Below the pieces are notes generated by a model. It was given only the letters and a program-made list of their open reading frames with translations. It had not been told where the DNA came from and made no database searches. 64,000 nt of DNA. Origin: Candidatus Gottesmanbacteria bacterium RIFCSPLOWO2_01_FULL_43_11b (GTDB lineage: Bacteria; Patescibacteriota; Microgenomatia; UBA10105; UBA927). The DNA is taken from contig MFJV01000001.1 in the NCBI GenBank assembly GCA_001780985.1, positions 37,466 to 101,465 on the forward strand, in the 5' to 3' direction. This document shows positions 18,704 through 27,691 of this stretch, in pieces; positions within the stretch are counted from its first letter, which is position 1; the number at the start of each line of letters is the position of its first letter. A program made the translations under genes and the position numbers.

Positions 18704-19280
18704 ATCGTTTACAAGCCTCGGTATCCTTCTTATTCTCATATCAGCAGTTATTGCTATCCTGACGTTTCTTCCTGTTGCCAAAGAAGAAATCAGCTATGCC
18801 TTCCGTCCAAAAAATATAACTGCTGAGATTGTCCCTGTTGACACGGACTTCGGTATCGTTATTCCCAAATTAAATGCGAATAGTAAAGTGATAACAAACG
18901 TCGACCCGTTTGACAGTCGAATTTACCAAATCGCATTGACCCAAGGTGTTGCCCATGCGAGAGGGACCGGACTTCCCGGAGCTCCCGGTAATGTTTTTTT
19001 ATTCTCTCACTCCTCAGTCAATTTTTATGAAGCATCCCGCTACAATTCAGTATTTTACCTCTTAACGAAACTTGAACTTGATGATGAAATACAGATTTAT
19101 TATCAAGGAAATAAATACACCTATACGATAAGAAACAAATCTATTGTGTTGCCTACTGATGTCCAGTATCTCAAAGCATTAAATGCTGATAGAGAAACGG
19201 TGACTCTTATGACCTGCTGGCCGCCGGGGACAACGTTTAAGCGTCTTCTTGTCATTGCGGAGCGTAAAGTTGACGAATAG
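18669..19280 (+). CDS. Sortase (transpeptidase)
   Basis: N-terminal TM, catalytic His region NVFLFSHS, active-site TLMTCWP (TLxTC). Confidence 0.7.
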   Translation: MPSQKAANKLAKSFTSLGILLILISAVIAILTFLPVAKEEISYAFRPKNITAEIVPVDTDFGIVIPKLNANSKVITNVDPFDSRIYQIALTQGVAHARGTGLPGAPGNVFLFSHSSVNFYEASRYNSVFYLLTKLELDDEIQIYYQGNKYTYTIRNKSIVLPTDVQYLKALNADRETVTLMTCWPPGTTFKRLLVIAERKVDE

Positions 19281-19307
19281 GTAAATGAGTACTATAGTAT
19301 TCCGGCT

Positions 19308-19787
19308 GTGAATATTGTCGTTATCATCATTGCCTCAATAATTGTTATTGCCGGTGCCCTCGCACGTCCTTCTAAAATTGAAGAGCAAGAACCAGTCCTT
19401 GGCGAAACAGCTACAGTTGAAGAAACTCCGACGCCAACTCCACAGAAGGATGCGAACCTTCCAACTATCACCCCCACCCCAACCCTGCAGCCACCCGAGA
19501 AGGATGCGAACCTTCTATGGCAGTATCCAAACAGCAGTATTATTACAAAAAGCGAGACTGCACTTATACTTGAATCCAATGGCGATGTGGATGCAATAAC
19601 CGATTGGTACAAAGAAAAAATTAAAGCCATGGGGATGAACGCAAAATCATTTGTCGTTACAAAAACGAACGGAAATGTCCTTAATAAACTTGTGGGTGAC
19701 AACGGAAACATCGAAATTCGCGTCGAAATTTCAAAATCCGCGGGTGAAAGCACTGTTCGGATTGTTGTGACCTATCATACCTCTTGA
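19308..19787 (+). CDS. Small membrane-anchored protein carrying two in-frame REP-like insertions (KDANLP) in its Pro/Thr linker
   Basis: GTG start, N-terminal TM. The two element copies are translated as QKDANLPTI and EKDANLLWQ. Confidence 0.4.
   Translation: MNIVVIIIASIIVIAGALARPSKIEEQEPVLGETATVEETPTPTPQKDANLPTITPTPTLQPPEKDANLLWQYPNSSIITKSETALILESNGDVDAITDWYKEKIKAMGMNAKSFVVTKTNGNVLNKLVGDNGNIEIRVEISKSAGESTVRIVVTYHTS
19445..19462 (-). repeat. REP-like palindromic element, copy b (GGAAGGTTCGCATCCTTC, reverse orientation)
   Basis: C-variant of the repeat loop, lying inside the coding sequence. Confidence 0.7.
19499..19515 (-). repeat. REP-like palindromic element, copy c (reverse orientation, C-variant)
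   Basis: GAAGGATGCGAACCTTC, 37 bp from copy b, in the same ORF. Confidence 0.7.
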
Positions 19788-19845
19788 CAGAGGCTATTTT
19801 TGTTGTTACTATACGCCAAATTCGACCTGCCCCGAAATCCTCATA

Positions 19846-20505
19846 ATGAAACATCGCAATTCGTCAACAATAACGCTTGAGCTTCCCAATGCTATGGCTG
19901 TGTTTATTTCCCGATTCAAACAAATAGTCTCACGACCGCTTGCTCGTGTAAATTTTAAACTTCCGAGAGATCCGCAAAAGAAATTACCGTACATTTTGCT
20001 CGGCGTCATTATCATTGGTGCGGTCGGCCTTGGAATCAATACACTGGTTAAAACCAGTGGAGATTCTAGAGTTGAGATAAAAGCTGCAAGGGCAACGCAG
20101 GCAATCAATAAAGAATTTTCTTTCCCTCTTAAAGACGACAAGGGGAAAGTTGTTACCACAATTACGTATACAGTAGAAGCAGCAGAACTTCGTGATGAAA
20201 TTGTTGTCAAAGGCCAACGGGCAAGTTCAGTCAGAGGAAGAACGTTTCTTACCATCCCTCTTAAAATTAATAATCCATATAATCAGGCAATAGAAATTCA
20301 GTCAAAGGATTACATCAGATTAATCGTCAATGGAAAGGACAAAGATCTTTTAGCTGCTGATATTCACAACGACCCGGTAACTGTACAAGCCTCTTCAACC
20401 AAACAAACCCGTCTTGGTTTTCCGATTAACGATACGGACAAAAACATTGTTCTCCGCGTCGGAGAACTTAACGGCACAAAAGAAGATATTACGCTTACTT
20501 TTTAA
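19846..20505 (+). CDS. Hypothetical protein with an N-terminal TM anchor
   Basis: ORF with hydrophobic segment ILLGVIIIGAVGLGINTLV. Confidence 0.4.
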   Translation: MKHRNSSTITLELPNAMAVFISRFKQIVSRPLARVNFKLPRDPQKKLPYILLGVIIIGAVGLGINTLVKTSGDSRVEIKAARATQAINKEFSFPLKDDKGKVVTTITYTVEAAELRDEIVVKGQRASSVRGRTFLTIPLKINNPYNQAIEIQSKDYIRLIVNGKDKDLLAADIHNDPVTVQASSTKQTRLGFPINDTDKNIVLRVGELNGTKEDITLTF

Positions 20506-20511
20506 AAACAC

Positions 20512-20715
20512 ATGGCACAGGCATTTATTCAGGGAACAGCCAAAGTCAAACTTTCCACACAAAAAATAACCCCGCAACTTCTTTCGGAAATAGAAGCAGC
20601 CCTCCATTTGGTCAGAAATTACGGAAGCATCGAAATCTACGTGCAGAACAGTATAGTCACCCAAATCACAGTTCGGAATATAAAGAAAACACAGGTTGGC
20701 TTGACTGGTACTTGA
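20512..20715 (+). CDS. Small DUF2292-like protein
   Basis: 67 aa. YGSIEIYVQNSIVTQITVRNIKK resembles the YGSV-I-VQDG-V-I short-protein family. Confidence 0.3.
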   Translation: MAQAFIQGTAKVKLSTQKITPQLLSEIEAALHLVRNYGSIEIYVQNSIVTQITVRNIKKTQVGLTGT

Positions 20716-20867
20716 CAAACGATATTTAATTAGGCTAAATAGTTCATAGTACTAGTGAATTAGATCACAATTCCACTGCCCCAAATAGTTTTTCCCTGCC
20801 CAACTAAAGAACGCTGACCGCGAACGGAGGCTTCCCTTCTTAGATCCTGAGCTTGTCGAAGGATTGA

Positions 20868-20888
20868 GGAGAGGCGCCTCCGTTTTTT
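20868..20888 (+). terminator. Putative intrinsic terminator (GGAG-AGGCGC-CTCC + T6)
   Basis: Short GC hairpin followed by TTTTTT. Lies in the long structured leader of the repeat-protein gene. Confidence 0.35.
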
Positions 20889-20984
20889 AATCCGCTTAAG
20901 CGGAAAACGGAGTTCTGAAGTGCACTAGCCCCGCGAAGCTTTAGCGAAGTGGGGAATATACGACGAAGGGAGGTGAAAATAATA

Positions 20985-22226
20985 ATGAATAAATTATATA
21001 AACAATTCGTCTCTGTTTTGGCGACCGGGTCTTTGTTACTCAGCGTCGTTGCTCCAGTTTCAGCGACAACGCTCGAAATTTCTGGAAACGGCAGTAGTAG
21101 TGACAACGACATCACTTTTGATGTCGACCAGACCACATCAGTAACCCAGACCAATGACGCCGATGTTTACAACAACATTGATGCCGAGGCAAAAACCGGT
21201 GGGAACGATGCAAATGATAACACTGGCGGCGATGTTTCTATCGAAACGGGTGATGCCACGACTGAAGTCAAGGCTGCAACAACCGTCAATAGCAATTCCG
21301 CTTCCGTCGATTGTTGTGCAACGCAGGATGTTGACGTGCTCATTTCCGGTAACGGATCTGACAGCGACAACACGGTGGATCTTGACATAAATCAAGACTC
21401 AAAGTCTGGTACATATGTCAAACAGACGAACACTGCTGACGTGACTAATGAAGTCGATGCGGATGCAAAAACTGGCTGGAATGACGCGGAAGACAACACT
21501 GGTGGCGATGTTTCTATCGAAACCGGGGATGCTGAAACGTCAGTTACCTTATCCACAACCGCTAATGCCAACTGGGCACAGGTCGGTGATGGTGGACAGG
21601 GTAGCGCTGTCAGCTTGAAAATTCTCGGCAATGGAACCCACAGTGACAACGACATAGACTTGGATCTTGACAGTCTAATTTCTGTCATTCAATCCAATGA
21701 CGCGGATGTCTACAACGATGTTGATGCGAACGCAAAAACTGGTGGGAACGATGCCAATGACAACACTGGTGGTGATGTTTCCATCGAAACAGGTGACGCA
21801 GAAACAACAGTAGAAGTCGACAACATGGTCAACTTTAACTGGGCAGACGTTGACTGCGGATGTCTCTTTGATGTTCTCGGAAAAATAGCCGGAAACGGTT
21901 CTGATTCCGATAATACAATCACAGCAGACCTTTATCCTGAACTTTTTGTCGACCAAGACAACACTGCTTTAGGAAGTGGTGGGTTGAATAATGATATTGA
22001 TGCGGACGCAAAAACCGGCCACAACGATGCAGAAGACAACACTGGTAGCGTAGAGGGAGGAGATCCATCTATCGAAACCGGCGATGCCGAAAGTACTGTT
22101 GAAGTTTCCAACGCAGGAAACAGCAACGTCTTCGGTGAAGATGTTCCGAGTGATTGGCCAGAGTTCGAATTCAACTTCAACCTTACGTTGAGTTGGTCAC
22201 AGCTTATGGCTTTACTCGGTCTGTAA
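20985..22226 (+). CDS. Secreted tandem-repeat protein (four roughly 90-aa modules); paralog family member 1
   Basis: Strong SD GGGAGGTG. Signal peptide. Modules read ISGNGSxSDN...DADAKTGGNDAxDNTGGDVSIETGDA...VDCC. Confidence 0.55.
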   Translation: MNKLYKQFVSVLATGSLLLSVVAPVSATTLEISGNGSSSDNDITFDVDQTTSVTQTNDADVYNNIDAEAKTGGNDANDNTGGDVSIETGDATTEVKAATTVNSNSASVDCCATQDVDVLISGNGSDSDNTVDLDINQDSKSGTYVKQTNTADVTNEVDADAKTGWNDAEDNTGGDVSIETGDAETSVTLSTTANANWAQVGDGGQGSAVSLKILGNGTHSDNDIDLDLDSLISVIQSNDADVYNDVDANAKTGGNDANDNTGGDVSIETGDAETTVEVDNMVNFNWADVDCGCLFDVLGKIAGNGSDSDNTITADLYPELFVDQDNTALGSGGLNNDIDADAKTGHNDAEDNTGSVEGGDPSIETGDAESTVEVSNAGNSNVFGEDVPSDWPEFEFNFNLTLSWSQLMALLGL

Positions 22227-22323
22227 ATACCTATCGGTTCGTAGGGTGATTCTTAGGAAGCACTTCGCTAAGACACCCTACGACCGAGAAGGAAAAAAAG
22301 TTTAAAGTTTTAAAGTTAAACTA

Positions 22324-24435
22324 ATGAAGAAATTACAAAAAATAGTTTCGGTGTTAAGCGTAGGACTCTTAGTCTTTGGACAACTTGCGCCGATTGTCCG
22401 TGCTCAGGAAGCACCAACAGCTCCTACTGCGCCTTCTGCGCCTGAAGCACCGACATACGACGAACCAGCTCCCACTCCTCCTCCAGCACCGACCCTTGAG
22501 GAAGAAACAACGACTAATACTGAAGAAACACCTCCCGAAGAACAGCAAACTGAAGAAACCACTGTTACCCAAACGTCTGAAACAGAAGAAGGGGGGGAGG
22601 ACGGTTCGGGGGGAAATGTCGGTGATACAGAAATTAACACCGGTGACGCAACGACAACAGCAACAGGCATGACAGAAGCAAATAACAACTCCTCCTCCAT
22701 AGCCGATTGTTGTGAGAGCGAAGGAATAACTGTAGCAAATACAGGAAATGGGTCTGATTCTACTAATACTGGTTCAGTTGTTCTTGCTGATACAAACAAT
22801 ACCTTTCAGAATAATTCTGCAACAGTCGTAAGTGACGTCGATGGCGAGAGCAACACAGGTGACAACGATTCTTCCGGAAATGTCGGCAATACCACAATTA
22901 ATACCGGCGACGCCAATACATCCGGAACACTTATAACCGCAGTCAATACCAATGTCGACGGCATTATGGTTTCGGAGTTTAACGTTATCGACGATCATGT
23001 TGGCGATATCATCCTTGACTTTAATTCCGGCTGTATTAGCGGCTGTGGTGGCGATACAGCAATCATAAACAGCGGAAACGGATCTGATTCAACTAATACA
23101 GGAACTGCTGATATCACAAATGCTGACAACACGTTCCAGACAAATGACGCAACAGTGCTTAACGGAATGGTATTGGATTCAAATAGCGGTGACAACACAG
23201 GGGACAAGAACACTGGCGGGGACACAACTATTACAACCGGTGATGCCAATATATCTGCTAATCTTTTAACATTTGCCAACAACAACCTTTCCGGTGACGT
23301 CATCTATTCTGTTGTCAATATCTACGGAGATCTCCTGGGAGACATCATCTTCCCGGAGAGTGAATTTACAAACTGCTGCGGCACGTCAGCAACTCTGGCA
23401 AATACCGGCAATGGTTCAGATTCAACAAATACGACTGATGTAAATCTTACGAACACTGATACATCAGTTCAGAATAATGTCGCTATCATAGAAAACAATC
23501 TCGACATGGAGGCAACAAGTGGAGACAACAGTACGAGCAAAAACACCGGTGGAAACAATTCAATTACCACAGGAGATACGAGTATCGACGCACAGGTTGT
23601 TAATGTCGCAAACACAAATATTGACGGTGGAAACTGGTGGTTGGTGTTAGTGAATGAAGCAGGTAACTGGATCGGACATATATTGGGCGCAGACGGCTCA
23701 TACGCCGGATCTGTGGGAACTGAGTTTGAAGTTAATGAAGCAGGAGAGATCACAGTAACCAATAGCGGGAATGGTTCAGGATCGACCAACACGGGTACGG
23801 TCAATCAAGACACATCAAATACCACAATTCAAAATAACACTGCACACGTGGTTAATAATGTAACACTTGATGCCAACACGGGAGGCAATAGCGCGAGTAA
23901 AAATACCGGCGGCAACAGTACGATCGAAACAGGTGATGCCAATATAGTTGCCAACATCGTTAACTTCGTCAACAACAACATAATAGGCGGAGGCAAGCTA
24001 TTCGTTACGGTCATTAATGTATTCGGCAGCTGGACAGGAAACTTCCTTCCACCCGGTTTCCAAAAACCAGCGGCACAGGCAGCAAATAATCCGGAAATTG
24101 GCGGAGCAGACGTACACCAAGGATCAAACAGTCAATCAAACTCAAACTCACAATCGTCTAACTCATCCGGAAACAGCGGAAACAGTTCAACAACGACAAC
24201 TGCTACAGTTGAGACGACAGATCCGGAGGGTACAACGCAATTAACGTTTGCCGCAGGACAATTGGGGAGTGTCCATATATTAGGTACAACCACCACTGAT
24301 GATGCGGAACCGGTTACCCAGGGCCGTCAGGTAGTCCAAATAAATCTTGCATGGTTGCTTTTGTTGATACCATGTGCTATACTCCTCGTCGTGTTGCGCC
24401 GATTACGACGTAACGCATCTGCCACTGCCTCCTAA
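22324..24435 (+). CDS. Secreted tandem-repeat protein (703 aa) with a C-terminal hydrophobic anchor; paralog family member 2
   Basis: Signal peptide, a Pro/Ala/Thr/Glu-rich region, repeated NTG-D-NTGGN-I-TGDA modules with CC/CxC pairs. C-terminal LLLIPCAILLVVLRRLRRN. Confidence 0.55.
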   Translation: MKKLQKIVSVLSVGLLVFGQLAPIVRAQEAPTAPTAPSAPEAPTYDEPAPTPPPAPTLEEETTTNTEETPPEEQQTEETTVTQTSETEEGGEDGSGGNVGDTEINTGDATTTATGMTEANNNSSSIADCCESEGITVANTGNGSDSTNTGSVVLADTNNTFQNNSATVVSDVDGESNTGDNDSSGNVGNTTINTGDANTSGTLITAVNTNVDGIMVSEFNVIDDHVGDIILDFNSGCISGCGGDTAIINSGNGSDSTNTGTADITNADNTFQTNDATVLNGMVLDSNSGDNTGDKNTGGDTTITTGDANISANLLTFANNNLSGDVIYSVVNIYGDLLGDIIFPESEFTNCCGTSATLANTGNGSDSTNTTDVNLTNTDTSVQNNVAIIENNLDMEATSGDNSTSKNTGGNNSITTGDTSIDAQVVNVANTNIDGGNWWLVLVNEAGNWIGHILGADGSYAGSVGTEFEVNEAGEITVTNSGNGSGSTNTGTVNQDTSNTTIQNNTAHVVNNVTLDANTGGNSASKNTGGNSTIETGDANIVANIVNFVNNNIIGGGKLFVTVINVFGSWTGNFLPPGFQKPAAQAANNPEIGGADVHQGSNSQSNSNSQSSNSSGNSGNSSTTTTATVETTDPEGTTQLTFAAGQLGSVHILGTTTTDDAEPVTQGRQVVQINLAWLLLLIPCAILLVVLRRLRRNASATAS

Positions 24436-24453
24436 ACCTGCCTTTTATTTTTT

Positions 24454-25038
24454 ATGAAATTTTTCTTATCTATTATTTCATTTCTTCTTGCCGGATATTT
24501 TTTTGCAACCGCAATACACGCGGATGAATTTATTATTGAAGGCAATGCAGATGGAAGTGAAAATTCCATAAACTTCGAGTCGTCTTCACAAACAAACGTC
24601 ACGCAATCTAACCAAATGGATGTAAATAACCAAGTTGATGCCGATGCCAACACAGGTGGGAACAACACTGATGGTGGTTCCGTAGAAACCGGCGATGCGT
24701 CGGTCTGGGTACAAATCAAAAATTTCTTTAACTGGAATCAAGCAGATGTTGACGACTGTTGCCCGGAAGGCGTTACGCCAACCCCAACAGTCTACGATCC
24801 CGGTAAACCCACACCAACACCAACCACAGCCCCTGGAGTTGGAGGACCAGGACCATCCAATGGAGATGGCGGAAATGGTGGGGGAGGAAACGGTGGAGGC
24901 GGTGGTGCCGGAGAAGTACTTGGACTTTCAGCTGCAGCGGGTGAACCGACGACAGAAATCCTCTTCTACACTTTGGGTGCGCTATGCCTAGCCCTCGGAG
25001 GCGCCATGTTGCGCCAACCAAAAAATCTTCTCTCATAA
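24454..25038 (+). CDS. Small secreted repeat-family protein (one module) with a PT/Gly linker and a C-terminal hydrophobic anchor; paralog 3
   Basis: Signal peptide. Module NADGSENSINFES...DADANTGGNNTDGGSVETGDAS...DDCC. C-terminal TM plus RQPKN. Confidence 0.5.
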   Translation: MKFFLSIISFLLAGYFFATAIHADEFIIEGNADGSENSINFESSSQTNVTQSNQMDVNNQVDADANTGGNNTDGGSVETGDASVWVQIKNFFNWNQADVDDCCPEGVTPTPTVYDPGKPTPTPTTAPGVGGPGPSNGDGGNGGGGNGGGGGAGEVLGLSAAAGEPTTEILFYTLGALCLALGGAMLRQPKNLLS

Positions 25039-25643
25039 TAGCTTGGATTTCTTCCCATCGTCGCACAGTTGGTTTATGGTTTCTCATGCTCGGATTCCTT
25101 TTTGTCACGTTTCCGACTGCCTACAAAACTCTCTACACAGGAACATTAACACCTCCACAGGCTTCTCTAGAAACATCATCTTCAACAACAAACATTTTTG
25201 ATTTTGGCCCGATTCGCATTGACCAAAAACTCTTAGGTTTAACTGTTCCTTCTCAACAACCTCTTCGCATTGTGATTCCTTCGCGAAAAATTGATCTCTC
25301 TGTTGTTGAAGCACCTGTTATCAACGGGTACTGGGAACTTTCTGAAACAACCGCTTCTCATGGCGTAGGATCGGCTAATCCGGGTGAAATCGGCAATACC
25401 GTCATCTTTGCTCATGCCAGAGAGGGTCTCTTTTTACCTATTCGGGACATTCAAGTGAGTGAGGTTATCTATGTACTCACCAAAGACCGCTGGTATCGCT
25501 ATACAGTGGCTCAGACACAGCTTGTAGATCCCAATCAGGTAGAAGTTATCGCTCCCACCCCAGACGAAACGCTCACTCTTTTCACCTGCTCCGGTTTCTT
25601 CGATACCAAGCGTTTGATTGTAATTGCGAAGCCACAACGATAG
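24984..25643 (+). CDS. Sortase (second copy)
   Basis: N-terminal TM, catalytic His VIFAHA, active-site TLFTCSG. Its stop TAG lies within a REP-like element. Confidence 0.6.
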   Translation: MPSPRRRHVAPTKKSSLIIAWISSHRRTVGLWFLMLGFLFVTFPTAYKTLYTGTLTPPQASLETSSSTTNIFDFGPIRIDQKLLGLTVPSQQPLRIVIPSRKIDLSVVEAPVINGYWELSETTASHGVGSANPGEIGNTVIFAHAREGLFLPIRDIQVSEVIYVLTKDRWYRYTVAQTQLVDPNQVEVIAPTPDETLTLFTCSGFFDTKRLIVIAKPQR

Positions 25644-25660
25644 AAGGTTCGCATACTTCC
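25643..25660 (+). repeat. REP-like palindromic element, copy d (GAAGGTTCGCATACTTCC)
   Basis: Exact copy, overlapping the sortase stop codon. Confidence 0.8.
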
Positions 25661-25663
25661 ATA

Positions 25664-25722
25664 AAAAAGCCCCACCTGGGCAGACCTGTCCGCCAACTGG
25701 CGGGCCATGATGGGGCTTTTTC
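25664..25722. terminator. Bidirectional intrinsic terminator between convergent genes
   Basis: AAAAAGCCCCA...(internally structured loop)...TGGGGCTTTTT, with symmetrical A/T runs on both sides. Confidence 0.6.
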
Positions 25723-25738
25723 TCTCCAAAATCGAGAA

Positions 25739-26338
25739 TTACTCAGTCAATGTATTCGTTGAACCTGTGACAGTTACACCTGTCGTGTCTGTTGCATTTC
25801 CGCTTGTATTCGTAACAACACTTCCTGTGTTGCCGTTAGCTCTATTGCGTCGAGAGCGAGCTCGAGACACCGCTAAAACCCCGACTAACTGTCCATTACT
25901 TTGTCCTCTCACCTTCGTGTTAACGAGTGGAGCTACTACCGTATTTGTTGAATCTTTTCCGTTGCCACTAATTTCGGTTGTCGGAGGGTCTCCGCATCCA
26001 CACGGACTACTCAACGTTGCGGTATTAGAGCTTCCAGTCACAACAACAGATGTTGTAGCGGTCGCATCACCACTCGTGTTAGTCACTACTGAGTTAGTGT
26101 TATTATTTGCTTGATTTCCTCCCGTTTTTGCCGAAGAGAACGCACCAATCAAAATTAATGACTCGTTTGATTGTCCAACAACATCGGTATTTGTTTCTGA
26201 TGCAACAATCGTGTTCGTTGATCCTGCGCCATTATCCATGATTTCAAGATCAGCAGCTAGAGCCACTGGAGAAACGATAGTTGCAACCAAACTTAATGAA
26301 GCAACTGTTGCACCAAATTTTACTAATTGTTTTTGCAT
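25739..26338 (-). CDS. Secreted repeat-family protein on the opposite strand (paralog 4)
   Basis: Strong SD AAAGGAGGTGAAAC. Signal peptide. ISGNGKDSTNTV...ANNNTNSVVTNTSGDAT modules, CGCG pair. Confidence 0.5.
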   Translation of the reverse strand: MQKQLVKFGATVASLSLVATIVSPVALAADLEIMDNGAGSTNTIVASETNTDVVGQSNESLILIGAFSSAKTGGNQANNNTNSVVTNTSGDATATTSVVVTGSSNTATLSSPCGCGDPPTTEISGNGKDSTNTVVAPLVNTKVRGQSNGQLVGVLAVSRARSRRNRANGNTGSVVTNTSGNATDTTGVTVTGSTNTLTE

Positions 26339-26592
26339 TTTTTTGTTTCACCTCCTTTCATAAAAAAACCACTCCAAATCTATGGAATGGTTATTCTATA
26401 TAAACGAAATATTTGGGCAGAGTCATCGTAATTTCAAAAGGAGGCAACTGTTAACGCACTTTTTACTTTTGGCAGGATGCGAAACAATTGCCTCCGTTTG
26501 CGGTGGGCAGTTTTAATTATCCGCATACTAGTTTTCATGTAGCACTCTGTCAAGATCATCAAAGTGGATCTATTTGATTTATAATAGTACTC

Positions 26593-27093
26593 ATGTATAC
26601 AGCTCTCTCTATATTTTTTTTCACAGTTCATATTTTCTTTGCATTTTTTGTTTTGTATTTATGCATTTCGTTTTTTACCGGAGCACCGTTTGTTCCGTCA
26701 AACAAAAATAGTGTTGCTGCGATGATTGAAATTGCAAAATTAAAACCGGGAATGAAAATATATGATCTGGGATCCGGAGACGGAAGAATTTTAATGGAGG
26801 CTACTAACAAAGGAGCTCATGCTGTCGGGATTGAGATGAATCCATATCTCGTTTTATGGAGTCGGATAAGAAAGTTACAGGTGAGATGGCAAAGTTTTTG
26901 GCGCACAAATATTTCAGATGCAGATGTCATTTTCGTTTACTTACTGCCCAATCATATGAGAAAACTTGAAAAAAAATTGAAGAGAGAGCTTCGACCGGGT
27001 GCACTCGTCGTCTCCAACAGTTTTATTTTTCCTAACCTGCAGAGTGTGAGGCAAGACAAAAAAAACCATGTCTATGTCTTTCGTGTAGTATAA
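26593..27093 (+). CDS. Class I SAM-dependent methyltransferase with an N-terminal TM segment
   Basis: Motif I KIYDLGSGDGRILMEA. TATAAT 7 nt upstream of the ATG suggests a leaderless transcript. Confidence 0.55.
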   Translation: MYTALSIFFFTVHIFFAFFVLYLCISFFTGAPFVPSNKNSVAAMIEIAKLKPGMKIYDLGSGDGRILMEATNKGAHAVGIEMNPYLVLWSRIRKLQVRWQSFWRTNISDADVIFVYLLPNHMRKLEKKLKRELRPGALVVSNSFIFPNLQSVRQDKKNHVYVFRVV

Positions 27094-27102
27094 TGGGGGA
27101 GC

Positions 27103-27675
27103 ATGTCAATAAGTTTTGAGGGGCAGCAAACTGATGAACGAATATTGGCTGAAATTCGCTCATACGCGTTGAGTAAATACATTGCCATTGTAAAAATAAT
27201 CTTGCTGTCCGTTTTCTTCTATTTTGTATTGCGTTCTATAGGTAACGTCGTTCCCCAATTTGCCTCTCTTCTCACTATTTTCGGTTCACTCTTTTCTCTC
27301 GCTCTTTTTGTTATCGGCACATGGTGGAATAATCTTGTGTATACCCGTGACCGCACGTATATTACAGATCGGCGCATTATCCGCTTTGATCAGGTTTCTC
27401 CGTTTTTTAGAACCAAACGCGAACTATTCTGGAATGAGGCATTAAAAGCAAAAGGCTATGCACCCAATCTCTTCTTTCGCATGATGAAAGTGGGAACGCT
27501 TGAGGTAGATCCTATCATGGGGGAGAGAGAAAACGTTATAGTTAAGGATGTGTATTATTTTGAGGATTTAGCAAATTATATTGATAAAATTCTCTATACG
27601 TTTAAAAACAAACCTGTTGAAATTGCTGCAATACAACCATTTGTTGCCAAACCCCGGGGACAAAGAGACACATAG
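27103..27675 (+). CDS. Hypothetical membrane protein (2 TM)
   Basis: ORF with two hydrophobic helices. Its stop TAG is part of a REP-like element. Confidence 0.4.
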   Translation: MSISFEGQQTDERILAEIRSYALSKYIAIVKIILLSVFFYFVLRSIGNVVPQFASLLTIFGSLFSLALFVIGTWWNNLVYTRDRTYITDRRIIRFDQVSPFFRTKRELFWNEALKAKGYAPNLFFRMMKVGTLEVDPIMGERENVIVKDVYYFEDLANYIDKILYTFKNKPVEIAAIQPFVAKPRGQRDT

Positions 27676-27691
27676 AAGGTTCGCATACTTC
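27675..27691 (+). repeat. REP-like palindromic element, copy e, between convergent stop codons
   Basis: CATAGAAGGTTCGCATACTTCTA overlaps the stop of 27103-27675 (+) and the stop of the RAYT gene (-). Confidence 0.8.

Noticed and set aside
20949-24435. Possible CRISPR array or other non-coding tandem repeat, because of the periodic nucleotide repeats
   Set aside because: The repeats are roughly 270-nt protein-coding modules, in-frame and degenerate at synonymous positions, inside long ORFs with signal peptides. There are no short direct repeats with unique spacers.
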